Position numbers and translations under genes: made by a program | Shown: positions 34,913-45,022 of the stretch, in pieces | Numbering within the stretch: position 1 is the first letter of the stretch | Layout: each line of letters opens with the position of its first letter | DNA from: an uncultured Bacilli bacterium | Lineage (GTDB): Bacteria > Bacillota_I > Bacilli_A > RF39 > UBA660 | Direction of reading: 5' to 3' | DNA length: 64,000 bases | Assembly (NCBI GenBank): GCA_944372055.1 | Contig: CALVYF010000001.1 | Coordinates: 54,384 to 118,383, forward strand | Notes under the pieces: model-generated | Seen by the model: the letters and a program-made list of their open reading frames with translations, nothing else | Told to the model about the DNA's origin: nothing | Database searches by the model: none

Positions 34913-37243
34913 TTGATTACCATCTGTAGTAAGTGATACTAACGGTGTACCATTAGGAGTCACTACATCAATAGGATTTACATTTTGACTATTACTAGCA
35001 TCAGAACTACCAAAAGGCATAATAGATGGTTCAGCAGAACTAGTATTCTGATTAACATTTAAATTAGGAATTTCTAAATCTAAAGCAGAATCTTCTGTAA
35101 CCTCTATTAAAGGTTTAGAACTAGCAGGAATCTTACCAAAATCAGTTGGAACTGACGGAGTATCAAAAGAATTTTCTCCCGCTGGAGTATCGATATCATC
35201 ATCCATCTCACCATCACCAAAATCTAAATTGCTAAAATCCTGAAAAACGGAAGAAGTTGTAGTCTTAGGAACAGCATTTGTAACAACATCAGGCATAGCT
35301 TGAGATGATTTTTCTTCCGTTAAATTAAATAATGGTGTATTATTATTTGGAGTTGGATTAGAATCCATACTTGAAGAATTATGATTTAAAGTAGGATTTG
35401 ACATACTATTAGTCATAGACATGGACGAAGTAGTAGGAATCGCTGGAGAACTAACTTGTGTAGAAATACTATTCCTAGACTGACTATTACTATTACCACT
35501 CCATACCGCAACGACATCACAGTTACCACTCCATGGAGCAGGATTAGGCATTTCTAATTTACAAATCAACGGTATCTTAAAGGCCATACCAAATCCTAAA
35601 CACGTACCAGCTTGCAATGTCTTTTGTTTTTCAACAATTTCATCACTAATATTTGGAACCATCTTACGAATATAATCAACATCGGTAGGGTGATTCATCT
35701 TAAAAATCAAGAAATTAGAACATTGAGAAATAACCGTATCAGAAAGTTCTACTGGTCTTTGAGAAATAAGTCCAAGTAAAACACCATACTTACGTCCTTC
35801 TTTAGCAATACGTTCGAAAATATTATAACCAATCAAAAATCTATCCGTATCATTTTGAATATAACGATGTGCTTCTTCAACAACAATATGAAAAGGAATA
35901 CTAGCTCTATCTTTCAATCCTTTTGCAAATTCAAAAACAAGTCTTGAATAAATCTTTGTAATAACTTTTGCAAAATCATCATCGACATCATCCAAATTAA
36001 AATTAACCATTTGATATTTACGACCATTACTAATTAATAAAGAAGATAAATAACTTTCAAGAGAAACATAATCAGAAACATCAAAGAATTTAGCATATTC
36101 CCCAACAATTAAAGCATGTAAACGAACTTTAAGAGTAACAGCATCTCCATAAGTATTTTCATTTCTTAACCAACCCTCACTAATCAAAGTGAAGTTAAGT
36201 GCTTTCTCTAATGTATCTAAAGTATAGAAAACTCCGCCTTTTGGTTCGTAGTTATCATATTCATTCTTAATAAAGGAAGAAACATATTCTGTAAGCAAAA
36301 CACTTTCAGAAAATTGACCTTGAGAATCAATCAAAAAGCACTCACGGAATTTTCTAGTATAACCAATCCCTTGTACTGGGGCTTCCAAATTAAACTGTGG
36401 AGTAGAACAACTTGCTAAAATAGAAAATATTTCATTTCTCTTATTAGGAGATGTTTCATTTGTATAAAGAATTGTCATAATAGCTTTCGCAATTAAATGA
36501 TTTTTATAGTTATTAGCATCCATATCATTTTGAGAAAATATTAATGCCAATTTTAGCATTCTCTCAATAATTGGTAGTTGAGAATGATTCGTAGCCTGTA
36601 ATAATAAAGCTAAGTCACTTGCATTAAGTAACCAAATAGGTAAACGTAATTTTTCACCAATTCCGTCTACTTCATTAGTACTAAAAAAACGATAATGATA
36701 ATTTGGATTTATAGAATTCAAATTCTTAAACGCATTATAATATTCACCTGATGAATCAAAAAGTAATATATTTGCTTTATAAGGAAATAGTCTTTGATCA
36801 TGAAACATATTCTGAAAAAGGCGAGATACACCACAAGATTTACCACTACCACTGTTACCAAAAATAGCAAAGTGATTACTAAAGAAATTATTAACATCTA
36901 AATAAACTGGAAAGTCATTATAAAATGGACTAACACCAAATTTCATATATCCTGCTTTATCTTCTCCAACAATCATAGGAATTTCTGATTGATCAATAAC
37001 ACGAATAGAAGCATCCAAAGCAGGCTTACGAATAGTACCACCAATTAACCTTCCATCAACAATTTCACCCAAAAATCTCGCTTTAACAATATCTTTATCT
37101 AAATCATCAACTTCGCCTAATACCTTCTTGTCTTTATCCTCAAAAACAAGATGTAAATTCATCAAATTAACAGCTAAATTATCTGCATCCTTCAAACGAA
37201 TATTTGCAGAATGATCGCTAATATAAACAATTCTATCAAACAT
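34910..37243 (-). CDS. HerA/FtsK-superfamily P-loop ATPase (HAS-barrel + DUF87-like core) with ~230-aa disordered Ser/Thr/Asn/Pro-rich C-terminal tail
   Basis: 777 aa. An N-terminal ~110-aa beta-rich region is followed by Walker A FGNSGSGKS, a Walker B-like ILLFDSSGEY, then HIVVEEAHRYI and ...LISQRP... blocks characteristic of HerA/DUF87 ATPases. The last ~230 aa (…SGNSNSQSRNSISTQVSSPAIPTTSSMSMTNSMSNPTLNHNSS…) are low complexity. Confidence 0.6.
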   Translation of the reverse strand: MFDRIVYISDHSANIRLKDADNLAVNLMNLHLVFEDKDKKVLGEVDDLDKDIVKARFLGEIVDGRLIGGTIRKPALDASIRVIDQSEIPMIVGEDKAGYMKFGVSPFYNDFPVYLDVNNFFSNHFAIFGNSGSGKSCGVSRLFQNMFHDQRLFPYKANILLFDSSGEYYNAFKNLNSINPNYHYRFFSTNEVDGIGEKLRLPIWLLNASDLALLLQATNHSQLPIIERMLKLALIFSQNDMDANNYKNHLIAKAIMTILYTNETSPNKRNEIFSILASCSTPQFNLEAPVQGIGYTRKFRECFLIDSQGQFSESVLLTEYVSSFIKNEYDNYEPKGGVFYTLDTLEKALNFTLISEGWLRNENTYGDAVTLKVRLHALIVGEYAKFFDVSDYVSLESYLSSLLISNGRKYQMVNFNLDDVDDDFAKVITKIYSRLVFEFAKGLKDRASIPFHIVVEEAHRYIQNDTDRFLIGYNIFERIAKEGRKYGVLLGLISQRPVELSDTVISQCSNFLIFKMNHPTDVDYIRKMVPNISDEIVEKQKTLQAGTCLGFGMAFKIPLICKLEMPNPAPWSGNCDVVAVWSGNSNSQSRNSISTQVSSPAIPTTSSMSMTNSMSNPTLNHNSSSMDSNPTPNNNTPLFNLTEEKSSQAMPDVVTNAVPKTTTSSVFQDFSNLDFGDGEMDDDIDTPAGENSFDTPSVPTDFGKIPASSKPLIEVTEDSALDLEIPNLNVNQNTSSAEPSIMPFGSSDASNSQNVNPIDVVTPNGTPLVSLTTDGNQ

Positions 37244-37304
37244 AATAATACCCCTCTATTCATATTCCCCTATCATATTATAAATTATATCTTTTTTTTT
37301 CACC

Positions 37305-37336
37305 TTTTACAAGCCAAAAAGAAAAAGAACAAAAAC
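37305..37336 (-). terminator. intrinsic terminator after ylxM
   Basis: Minus-strand RNA AGAACAAAGUUUUUGUUCU followed by UUUUCUUUUU. Confidence 0.5.
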
Positions 37337-37343
37337 TTTGTTC

Positions 37344-37637
37344 TTACAAAACATCCTCAATCCGTTTTTTTACATCATCAATAGAAGAAAAATCTAAAGC
37401 TTCCTCTAACTTTTTCTTTTTTTGATAAAGATGTAAAGCATCTTCATATTCTTCTAGCTTAGCAACCGTAATATGAATTTGTTTAAAAATTGCATTACGA
37501 CTAACATCATAAGCATCAGACATCTCACCAAGACTTAAATTATCAAAATAATAATCTTCAAAATACTTCTTTTGTTTCTCAGTAAGTAATCCCTGATACA
37601 AATCATATAACTCTCCATAATAAACAAAATCTTCCAT
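37344..37637 (-). CDS. ylxM: YlxM/UPF0122 helix-turn-helix protein (SRP operon component)
   Basis: 97 aa. ...LTEKQKKYFEDYYFDNLSLGEMSDAYDVSRNAIFKQI... is a sigma-70 region-4-like HTH. Located between ftsY and ffh as in Bacillus. Confidence 0.7.
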   Translation of the reverse strand: MEDFVYYGELYDLYQGLLTEKQKKYFEDYYFDNLSLGEMSDAYDVSRNAIFKQIHITVAKLEEYEDALHLYQKKKKLEEALDFSSIDDVKKRIEDVL

Positions 37638-37638
37638 A

Positions 37639-37956
37639 CTATACTCCTATAAAATGTACTCCAAGATATATAATCAAATCTAAAATCAATAAAATAATTC
37701 CAACAATTGCATATAAAATTGTTGCTTTTTTACGTCGATAAATTATCTGATTATTATATGCCATAACAAGTAAAGTGAGTCCTAAAAACAATTGAAAAAT
37801 ATAAATCATATCATGGTCTACAATATACCAAATAAATAATCCTAAAGTAAAAAAAGTAAGAAAAAGTTGAATATTAATAAAAATAATATTAAATCTAGTG
37901 ACTTTTCTTGGTTGTGTAACTATTGTGTCTTGTTTTATTTCTTTTTTCTTCGTCAT
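37639..37956 (-). CDS. small membrane protein (3 TM), unknown
   Basis: 105 aa hydrophobic protein between ftsY and ylxM; stop and start abut the neighbours. Confidence 0.3.
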   Translation of the reverse strand: MTKKKEIKQDTIVTQPRKVTRFNIIFINIQLFLTFFTLGLFIWYIVDHDMIYIFQLFLGLTLLVMAYNNQIIYRRKKATILYAIVGIILLILDLIIYLGVHFIGV

Positions 37957-37957
37957 T

Positions 37958-38968
37958 TCACATCATATCCTTAAATAATCCATAAATATATTTTTCAATA
38001 TCAAATACTTGTAAATCCTCTTTGGCTTCGCCCAAACCAATAAATTTAACAGGCAATCCCAGTTGCTCTTTTATTGCTAAAACAATTCCACCTTTTGCAG
38101 TCCCATCAAGTTTAGTTAAAACAATACCTGTAATATTAGTAATCTCTTGAAATGCTTTTGCTTGACTAATTCCGTTTTGACCAGTAGTAGCATCAATAAC
38201 TAATAAAGTTTCATGCGGTCCCTCCGGAATAATACCACCAATAACTTTATTCATTTTTTCTAATTCTTTCATCAAATTTACTTTATTTTGCAGGCGACCA
38301 GCAGTATCAATTAAAACAACATCATAACTTTCATTTTTTGCCATCTGACAACCATCATATACAACACTAGCAGGATCACTTCCCTCTTCTTTACCATAAA
38401 AAGAAACACCTACTCTTTCGCTCCAAAGCTTCAATTGTTCTACCGCTCCAGCTCTAAAAGTATCGGCCGCAACTAGCAATACCTTCTTGCCCTCCTGCTT
38501 CATTTTCCAAGCAATTTTCGCAATCGTTGTAGTTTTGCCAACTCCATTGACTCCAACAAATAAAATAACGGTAGGACCATTCTCACAATATTTAATTTTA
38601 CTAGACAAAACCTCATCGCCTACATAGATAATAAATAATTCATCAACAATAATTTCTTTTAATAACTCTGGGTCACTAATCTTTTCTTTTCCAACTCTAT
38701 CTTTTAAACGATCAATAAAGTCCATAACCGTATTAACACCAATATCAGCCATAATCAAAATTTCTTCTAACTCATCAAAATATTCATCATTAATAGTACG
38801 ATATTTATTAGTTAAATTAGCTAACTTAGAAACAAAACCTTCTCTAGACTTACTAAGTCCTTTTTCATAAACCTTTACTTCTTCTGTTTTCTTCTGTTCT
38901 TCTTGCGTTATATTTTTTTCTTGTTTATCAGACTGAAACATAGTCTTTAATTTATTAAAAAATCCCAT
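37958..38968 (-). CDS. ftsY: signal recognition particle receptor FtsY
   Basis: SRP GTPase motifs (…VGVNGVGKTTT…DTAGR…TKLDGTAKGG…). Start at MGFFNKLK with an AGGAGTGGTGA RBS. Confidence 0.9.
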   Translation of the reverse strand: MGFFNKLKTMFQSDKQEKNITQEEQKKTEEVKVYEKGLSKSREGFVSKLANLTNKYRTINDEYFDELEEILIMADIGVNTVMDFIDRLKDRVGKEKISDPELLKEIIVDELFIIYVGDEVLSSKIKYCENGPTVILFVGVNGVGKTTTIAKIAWKMKQEGKKVLLVAADTFRAGAVEQLKLWSERVGVSFYGKEEGSDPASVVYDGCQMAKNESYDVVLIDTAGRLQNKVNLMKELEKMNKVIGGIIPEGPHETLLVIDATTGQNGISQAKAFQEITNITGIVLTKLDGTAKGGIVLAIKEQLGLPVKFIGLGEAKEDLQVFDIEKYIYGLFKDMM

Positions 38969-39033
38969 AATAATCACCACTCCTATTTTAACATAGAAGA
39001 ATGATGTTTACAATCAAGAATATCAACTATATA

Positions 39034-39062
39034 TAGACAAAAGAAAAAATATATAGTATAAT
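39034..39062 (+). promoter_or_regulatory. putative sigma-A promoter for rnjA
   Basis: -35 TAGACA (39034-39039), a 17-nt spacer, -10 TATAAT (39057-39062), about 40 nt upstream of the rnjA ATG. Confidence 0.4.
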
Positions 39063-39102
39063 TTCATAGTCAGCTTAACGAAACAAAAAGAAAGGAGTTA
39101 TT

Positions 39103-40779
39103 ATGGAAAAACCTAATGGAACAAAGATTGTTGTTTTAGGAGGTCTCGGAGAAGTCGGAAAAAATATGTATTGTGTAATGCATAACGACGCTATTGTAAT
39201 TATTGATACCGGTGTAAGTTTCCCAGAAAGCGAACTTATGGGAGTAGATTATGTTTTACCTGATTTTACATTTCTAAAAAAGAATGAAAATAAAATCAAA
39301 GCACTTTTAATTACTCATGGACATGAAGATCATATTGGAGGAATTCCCTTTTTATTACAAAGTCTTAATATTCCTGCCATTTATGCACCAAATCATGCAA
39401 AAGAATTAATTGCTGTAAAATTACAAGATAAAAACATAAGATACGATAATTTATTTGTTTATACAGAAGATACAAAATTAAAATTTAAAGAAATCGAAAT
39501 TGAATTTTTTAGAGTAACTCACTCTATCCCAGATTCTCATGGAATTAGTATTAAAACACCAGATGGAAGAATTGTAACAACAGGAGATTATAAATTTGAT
39601 CTTACTCCAATTGGACCAATGGCCAACTTATATAAAATGGCATGTCTTGGGGAAGATGGAGTAGATTTATTCATAGGGGACTCTACAAATGCGTTAAATG
39701 AAGGGTTTTCAACAAGTGAATCCGTAGTAGATGAAACGTTAGGAGAAATGTTTGATAAATGTAAAACCAATCGTATTATCATCGCAACATTTGCTTCTAA
39801 CATTTATCGTATCAAGCATATTTTTGAAACTTGCTATAAACATAATAGAAAAATATGTATCTTCGGTAGAAGTATGGAAAATAATATTAATATTTCTCTA
39901 AATGCTGGCTATATTAATCATAAAGAACTGCTAGTTTCTCCTGAAGAAGCTAACAACTTAAAACCTGGAGAAGTAGCAATCCTTTGCACAGGAAGTCAAG
40001 GAGAACCACTTGCTGCCTTATCAAGAATTTCCAATGGTACGCATAAACAAATCAAATTAAGACCAGATGATGTAGTTATTTTTTCATCTAGTGCCATTCC
40101 AGGAAATGCACTAAGCATAACAAAGACAATTAATAAATTATGTCTAAAAGGAGTAAAAGTTTATACAAACTCATCTCTAGCAGACTTACACACATCAGGA
40201 CATGCCAATGAAGAAGAAATAAAACTAGCAATACGTTTATTAAAACCAAAATACTTAATGCCATTCCATGGAGACTATAGAATGTTAAAACGACAAGCAG
40301 ACATTGGAATTAGTTGTGGAATACCAAAAGAAAATACTTTCATTCTAAAAAATGGTGATAGCTTAACTCTTAAAGATCACGTAGTAACAAAAGGAGAAAG
40401 CATGCCAGGAGCTGACGTCTATGTAGATGGAAATAGAATTGGAGAAATTGGTAGTGCCGTAATTAAAGACAGAAAAATTATGGCAAACGATGGTATTTTA
40501 GTAGTAATTGTCAACGTAAACATGAAAAAAAGAGAACTATTAATAAAACCAAATATTACAACGAGAGGCTTCGTCTTAGTAAATGAAAATGAAGAATTAA
40601 TTCATAAAATTGAAAATAAAGCAGAAACAATTATTAAATCCGAGTTAACAAATCCTAAAACAACATTTCAATCATTAAAAACTGATATAACAGAAGAATT
40701 ATATCCATTTATTAATGATTTAACTGGTAGAAAACCAATTATTTTACCAATTATTTTAGATATCAAAAAAGAAAAATAG
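39103..40779 (+). CDS. rnj: ribonuclease J (metallo-beta-lactamase/beta-CASP)
   Basis: 558 aa. HGHEDHIGG motif, beta-CASP region and a C-terminal domain. Confidence 0.9.
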   Translation: MEKPNGTKIVVLGGLGEVGKNMYCVMHNDAIVIIDTGVSFPESELMGVDYVLPDFTFLKKNENKIKALLITHGHEDHIGGIPFLLQSLNIPAIYAPNHAKELIAVKLQDKNIRYDNLFVYTEDTKLKFKEIEIEFFRVTHSIPDSHGISIKTPDGRIVTTGDYKFDLTPIGPMANLYKMACLGEDGVDLFIGDSTNALNEGFSTSESVVDETLGEMFDKCKTNRIIIATFASNIYRIKHIFETCYKHNRKICIFGRSMENNINISLNAGYINHKELLVSPEEANNLKPGEVAILCTGSQGEPLAALSRISNGTHKQIKLRPDDVVIFSSSAIPGNALSITKTINKLCLKGVKVYTNSSLADLHTSGHANEEEIKLAIRLLKPKYLMPFHGDYRMLKRQADIGISCGIPKENTFILKNGDSLTLKDHVVTKGESMPGADVYVDGNRIGEIGSAVIKDRKIMANDGILVVIVNVNMKKRELLIKPNITTRGFVLVNENEELIHKIENKAETIIKSELTNPKTTFQSLKTDITEELYPFINDLTGRKPIILPIILDIKKEK

Positions 40780-40798
40780 ACACCAGTCTATTTTTTTT
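40775..40798. terminator. hairpin terminator at the rnj stop / convergent gene end
   Basis: ATAGACaccaGTCTAT followed by T8, with an A-rich tract upstream, so it can act bidirectionally. Confidence 0.5.
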
Positions 40799-41282
40799 GA
40801 TGAATTTTTTCCATAATATCATTAGTAATATTTGGATAAAAATCTGGAACTTCACAAAACTTTTTCAAATCATTAGGAATTCCAGAAAAAGGTCTAATAA
40901 AAGAAGATACAACAAATTGCTCTTTTCCCAAAATTTCCGCTTGATAAAGAGAACTATAATATTTAACTGTATCTGATAAATAAGGAAGAATATCTTGATT
41001 ACCCCCAGCTGCATAATAATTTTTTATTTGATAAGAAAGAAATGATAAATCACCTTTATTATCTAAATAATTAGGATTTAAACACATTCTAAAGTTATGA
41101 TTTAAAATAAGTAAAGAACGATAAGCTTCGTAAGAATATGTATCATCATGATAAATAATGGATTCTAAAATCATATTCATGCGATGCAGTGTATCCAAAA
41201 GGGTAGCACTATCCATATTAGAAAAACGACAGCTCTCATCAATCAACCATAAAAATTGCTTCTCCATAATATCATTCAGCAT
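40788..41282 (-). CDS. hypothetical protein
   Basis: 164 aa, no motif recognised. Located just upstream of rny on the same strand. Confidence 0.3.
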   Translation of the reverse strand: MLNDIMEKQFLWLIDESCRFSNMDSATLLDTLHRMNMILESIIYHDDTYSYEAYRSLLILNHNFRMCLNPNYLDNKGDLSFLSYQIKNYYAAGGNQDILPYLSDTVKYYSSLYQAEILGKEQFVVSSFIRPFSGIPNDLKKFCEVPDFYPNITNDIMEKIHQKK

Positions 41283-41297
41283 CCAAAAAAAGGAAGC

Positions 41298-42851
41298 TTA
41301 CTTAGCCTCCTCTTGAGCTCTTGTTTCACGAACAACAGTAATTTTAATAGTTCCAGGATATTTCATATTAGCTTCAATTTGTTCTTTAACTTCTCTAGCA
41401 ATCTTATGTGCCTCTAAGTCATCAACCTCTTCAGGTTTAACAATAACACGCAACTCACGACCTGCCTGAACAGCATAAGATTTTTCTACACCTGGAATAT
41501 GATTACCAACTTCCTCCAATTGAGAAAGACGATTAATATAATTTTCTAATGAATCATTTCTAGCACCAGGACGTGATGCAGAAAGAGCATCCGCAATTGC
41601 TACAATACTAGAAATAACACTAGTTGCTGGAGTATCACCATGATGAGAAGCAATAGCATTAATTATAACAGAATCTTCATGATACTTTTTCGCAATATCT
41701 ACACCGATATCTACATGACTACCTTCAATCTCATGATCAATTGCCTTCCCAATATCATGCAAAAGACCAGCACGCTTTGCTAATGTCGTATTTTCTCCCA
41801 ACTCACCAGCAAGAAGACCAGATAAATGAGCAACTTCCAAAGAATGTTGCAAAGCATTCTGACCATAACTAGTTCTAAAATGAAGTTTACCAATAATTTC
41901 AATTAACTCTGGATCAAATTTTGTAAGCCCTAGTTCAAAAGTAGCATCTTGACCATATTCAATAATCTGTTGTTTCATATCCTGACAAACTTTATCATAA
42001 AGTTCTTCAATTCTTGTTGGATGAATCCGACCATCTTTAATCAAAGTTTCCAATGTAACACGTGCAATCTCACGGCGCAAAGGATCAAAACTAGATAAAA
42101 CAACCGCTTCTGGAGTATCATCAATAATTAAATCTACACCTGTAATAGCTTCTATAGTACGTATATTTCTACCCTCACGACCAATAATACGACCCTTCAT
42201 TTCATCATTTGGTAAATCTACGACAGTTACTGTTTGCTCACCTGCAATATCCGCAGCATATTTTTGCATAGATGTAACAATTAATTCTCTAGCTGTTCTA
42301 TCTGCAGTAAGTTTAGCTTCATTCTCGCTTTCACGAACAAATTCTGCTATTTCTTTACTCATATTCTCTTTTACTTGACTCATTACCATTTCTTTAGCTT
42401 TTTCTTTGCTAAATCCTGAAATTTTTTCTAATAAATCTAGCTGTTGTTTTTTTATCTCATCCACTTTACTTTTTTCATTTTGGATTTCACTATTTTTAAG
42501 AGAAAGTCTATCTTCTCGTTCATCCAAAGATGCTTCACGTTTTTGACATAATTCATCTCGTTTATCAATACTAGCCTCTCTTTGTAATAAACGATTTTCT
42601 GATTCCTTAATTTCTTCTTTCTTTTCACGAATTTCTTTATCTAAATCCATTTTTAATTTATGTGCTTCCTCTTTTTGCTCCAAAGCAGCGTCTCTTTTCA
42701 TCTTTTCAATATCTTTTTTTGCATTAGCCATAAGTGACGCAACTTTTTTAGAAGCAACACTAACTCTGATACTATTTATAACAAATGCTATAAAAAGCCC
42801 TATAAGTAATCCAAGCATTACAAGTAAAATGGAGAAAATATAATTATTCAT
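41298..42851 (-). CDS. rny: ribonuclease Y
   Basis: 517 aa. N-terminal TM, long coiled-coil, KH domain (…IGREGRNIR…) and HD domain (…LLHDIGKA…). Confidence 0.9.
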   Translation of the reverse strand: MNNYIFSILLVMLGLLIGLFIAFVINSIRVSVASKKVASLMANAKKDIEKMKRDAALEQKEEAHKLKMDLDKEIREKKEEIKESENRLLQREASIDKRDELCQKREASLDEREDRLSLKNSEIQNEKSKVDEIKKQQLDLLEKISGFSKEKAKEMVMSQVKENMSKEIAEFVRESENEAKLTADRTARELIVTSMQKYAADIAGEQTVTVVDLPNDEMKGRIIGREGRNIRTIEAITGVDLIIDDTPEAVVLSSFDPLRREIARVTLETLIKDGRIHPTRIEELYDKVCQDMKQQIIEYGQDATFELGLTKFDPELIEIIGKLHFRTSYGQNALQHSLEVAHLSGLLAGELGENTTLAKRAGLLHDIGKAIDHEIEGSHVDIGVDIAKKYHEDSVIINAIASHHGDTPATSVISSIVAIADALSASRPGARNDSLENYINRLSQLEEVGNHIPGVEKSYAVQAGRELRVIVKPEEVDDLEAHKIAREVKEQIEANMKYPGTIKITVVRETRAQEEAK

Positions 42852-42963
42852 AAATTCCCTCCATCTAGATTAAGGAAATACCTAAATCTAATTCTATTGT
42901 AATTTTATTTCTATACAATGTCAAGGAAAAGAAAAAGTCCATAGGATTACCTATAGACTTAAA

Positions 42964-43500
42964 TTAACTAACTTTAAAAAACACTTTAGACCGTCCAAAC
43001 CCACTTGATTTTTGTTCTTCCCTAGCCAAGGAAAAATCATATTTAGAAACCTGAATTGCCCTAGTATTAGCAGATATACTTTTAGATTCATCAACACAAA
43101 GTTGCTGTGTATCAGGCTGTAAAAAACTAGGATTAGAAGCATTTCTAATCAACTCATCATACTCTCTAACAGAAAAAACTCTAATATCATCAATATCAAT
43201 TTTTTCTAAAAAAGACTCAATAACTCTACTAGTTCTATCATCAGTATCAAAATGATAAATAATTTTAGAAATAGGAGTAAAATCCACAATACCGTTTTTT
43301 GGAAAAAACATAGGTACTAAATTACCAGTAGAATAACCAGGATGAAAAAAATGCTTAGTAGAATAATTACCATCTAACCTCATAGAATAAAGCTCATTAA
43401 TAAATTCTCTTTGCCTAAAATAATGAATATGCCCTAAAACTTCACGAACAACTTCCTTCTCTTCATCAAAATAACAAAACAAAACAGTATAATCATTCAT
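42964..43500 (-). CDS. hypothetical protein
   Basis: 178 aa, no motif recognised. Its upstream region carries the tandem TTTTGTC(A/G) repeats. Confidence 0.3.
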   Translation of the reverse strand: MNDYTVLFCYFDEEKEVVREVLGHIHYFRQREFINELYSMRLDGNYSTKHFFHPGYSTGNLVPMFFPKNGIVDFTPISKIIYHFDTDDRTSRVIESFLEKIDIDDIRVFSVREYDELIRNASNPSFLQPDTQQLCVDESKSISANTRAIQVSKYDFSLAREEQKSSGFGRSKVFFKVS

Positions 43501-43532
43501 GATAAATTCTCCTTCATATAGCTATAGGCAAT

Positions 43533-43570
43533 AATATCAAGAACTTTTGTCATATTTTGTCACATTTTGT
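43533..43570 (+). repeat. three tandem direct repeats TTTTGTCAT-ATTTTGTCAC-ATTTTGTCGAAAA, including a perfect Spo0A-box heptamer TGTCGAA
   Basis: Read directly from the sequence ttttgtcatattttgtcacattttgtcgaaaa. It lies in the 76-nt region upstream of the 42964-43500 gene. Confidence 0.6.
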
Positions 43571-43576
43571 CGAAAA

Positions 43577-44980
43577 TTATTCTTTAATTAAATATTTCAT
43601 AATAACATCATAATCAGAATATGGAATTCTTTTATCTAAAACAGCCATATAATTATCTCTTCCCTTACCAATAACTGCAACAACATCACCCTTTTTAGCA
43701 TTTTGAAAAGCAAAATTTATCGCATCTGGTCGACTAGAAATAAAAGTATAGTTGGTATCCTGATGACCTCCTATCATATCAGAAACAATATCTTTAGGAT
43801 TTTCAAACCTAGGGTCATCCATAGTAAAAACGATATAATCAGAATATCTAAATAAAATATCTCCTATTCTTGGACGCTTCTCCACTTCTCTTCCACCAGC
43901 AGCTCCAGTAACAACGATAATTCTAGAATACCCTGACAAGCTTTGCAATAAATTTAAAATACCATTTTCAGTATGAGCATAATCAAGTAAAACAGTAAAT
44001 CCCCTCTTGTCATAAAATAATTCTCTTCTTCCTAACACAAGAGATAATTTAGATAAATCATGAATTAAGTCTTGATAAGGAATAGAAAAACTATTTACAA
44101 GCAAACAAGCAAGAACCACGTTGTAAACATTATATAATCCCTGAAAAGGACTAGAAACTCGATAACTATGACCACCATAAGTAACTGTAAAATTTGTTCT
44201 TTCTTTACATTCAGAAACATCAGAGATGACACAATCATTATTTTTATTTACACCGAAATTTACTATATGATTAGCAGTCAAAAGTTGACAATTACTATCA
44301 TCACCATTAACAAATATGTTAGCATCTTCTCGACATAAATTAGCCAATTGAAACTTACAATTTCTATAATTTTCAATTGTCTTATGAATATTCAAATGAT
44401 CTTCCGTAATATTAGTATAACCAATGGCATCAAATAAAATAGAATCAACTCTATGATGTAAAAGAGCTTCACTAGACACTTCCATCACAACAACTTTACA
44501 ACCATATTTTTTAATAATAGAAAAATAATGGTAAAGATCTTCAATACATGGTGTAGTATTACTAGTAGGATAAACATCATCCCCACAGAAAAGACCATTA
44601 GTACCAAGATAAGCAGTAGGAATATATAAATTTAATAAATTTCTTGTAATAGTAGCAGTAGTAGTTTTTCCATCTGTGCCAGTAATACCTATAAAACGAA
44701 ATTCACTACTAGAAACATCATAAAACTTTTCACATATCGACAATAATTCTTTATCAATATCAGAAACAACTACAGTAGGAACAGAAATATCTGTATCCCT
44801 ATCAGCAACTACCGCAACAGCACCATGTTCTATAGCATCATCAATAAAATCATAATGATCAACATTGAATCCATTAATAGCAATAAACAAATACCCTTCT
44901 TTAACATTTCTAGAATCAGTAGCAATTCCCAATATTTCTATATCAAAGTCACAATTTACCAGTTGATTTAATCGTTTCAT
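43577..44980 (-). CDS. murE: UDP-N-acetylmuramoyl-tripeptide synthetase (MurE-type Mur ligase)
   Basis: ...ILGIATDSRNVKEGYLFIAINGFNVDHYDFIDDAIEHGAVAVV... and the P-loop GITGTDGKTTT fit a Mur ligase with a MurE-type N-terminus. Confidence 0.7.
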   Translation of the reverse strand: MKRLNQLVNCDFDIEILGIATDSRNVKEGYLFIAINGFNVDHYDFIDDAIEHGAVAVVADRDTDISVPTVVVSDIDKELLSICEKFYDVSSSEFRFIGITGTDGKTTTATITRNLLNLYIPTAYLGTNGLFCGDDVYPTSNTTPCIEDLYHYFSIIKKYGCKVVVMEVSSEALLHHRVDSILFDAIGYTNITEDHLNIHKTIENYRNCKFQLANLCREDANIFVNGDDSNCQLLTANHIVNFGVNKNNDCVISDVSECKERTNFTVTYGGHSYRVSSPFQGLYNVYNVVLACLLVNSFSIPYQDLIHDLSKLSLVLGRRELFYDKRGFTVLLDYAHTENGILNLLQSLSGYSRIIVVTGAAGGREVEKRPRIGDILFRYSDYIVFTMDDPRFENPKDIVSDMIGGHQDTNYTFISSRPDAINFAFQNAKKGDVVAVIGKGRDNYMAVLDKRIPYSDYDVIMKYLIKE

Positions 44981-45022
44981 AAAACACCTCTATTCAAATA
45001 CTATGAAAAAAGAAAAAGAATA

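Noticed and set aside
39588-39803. 71-aa minus-strand ORF in rnj
   Set aside because: It is antisense to rnj.
42951-43142. 63-aa minus-strand ORF
   Set aside because: It is an alternative frame overlapping the 3' end of the 178-aa hypothetical gene and is shorter.
44981-45022. Possible terminator after recA (AGAAAAAG...CUUUUUCUU)
   Set aside because: The stem is almost entirely A-U with a long loop, too weak to call confidently.
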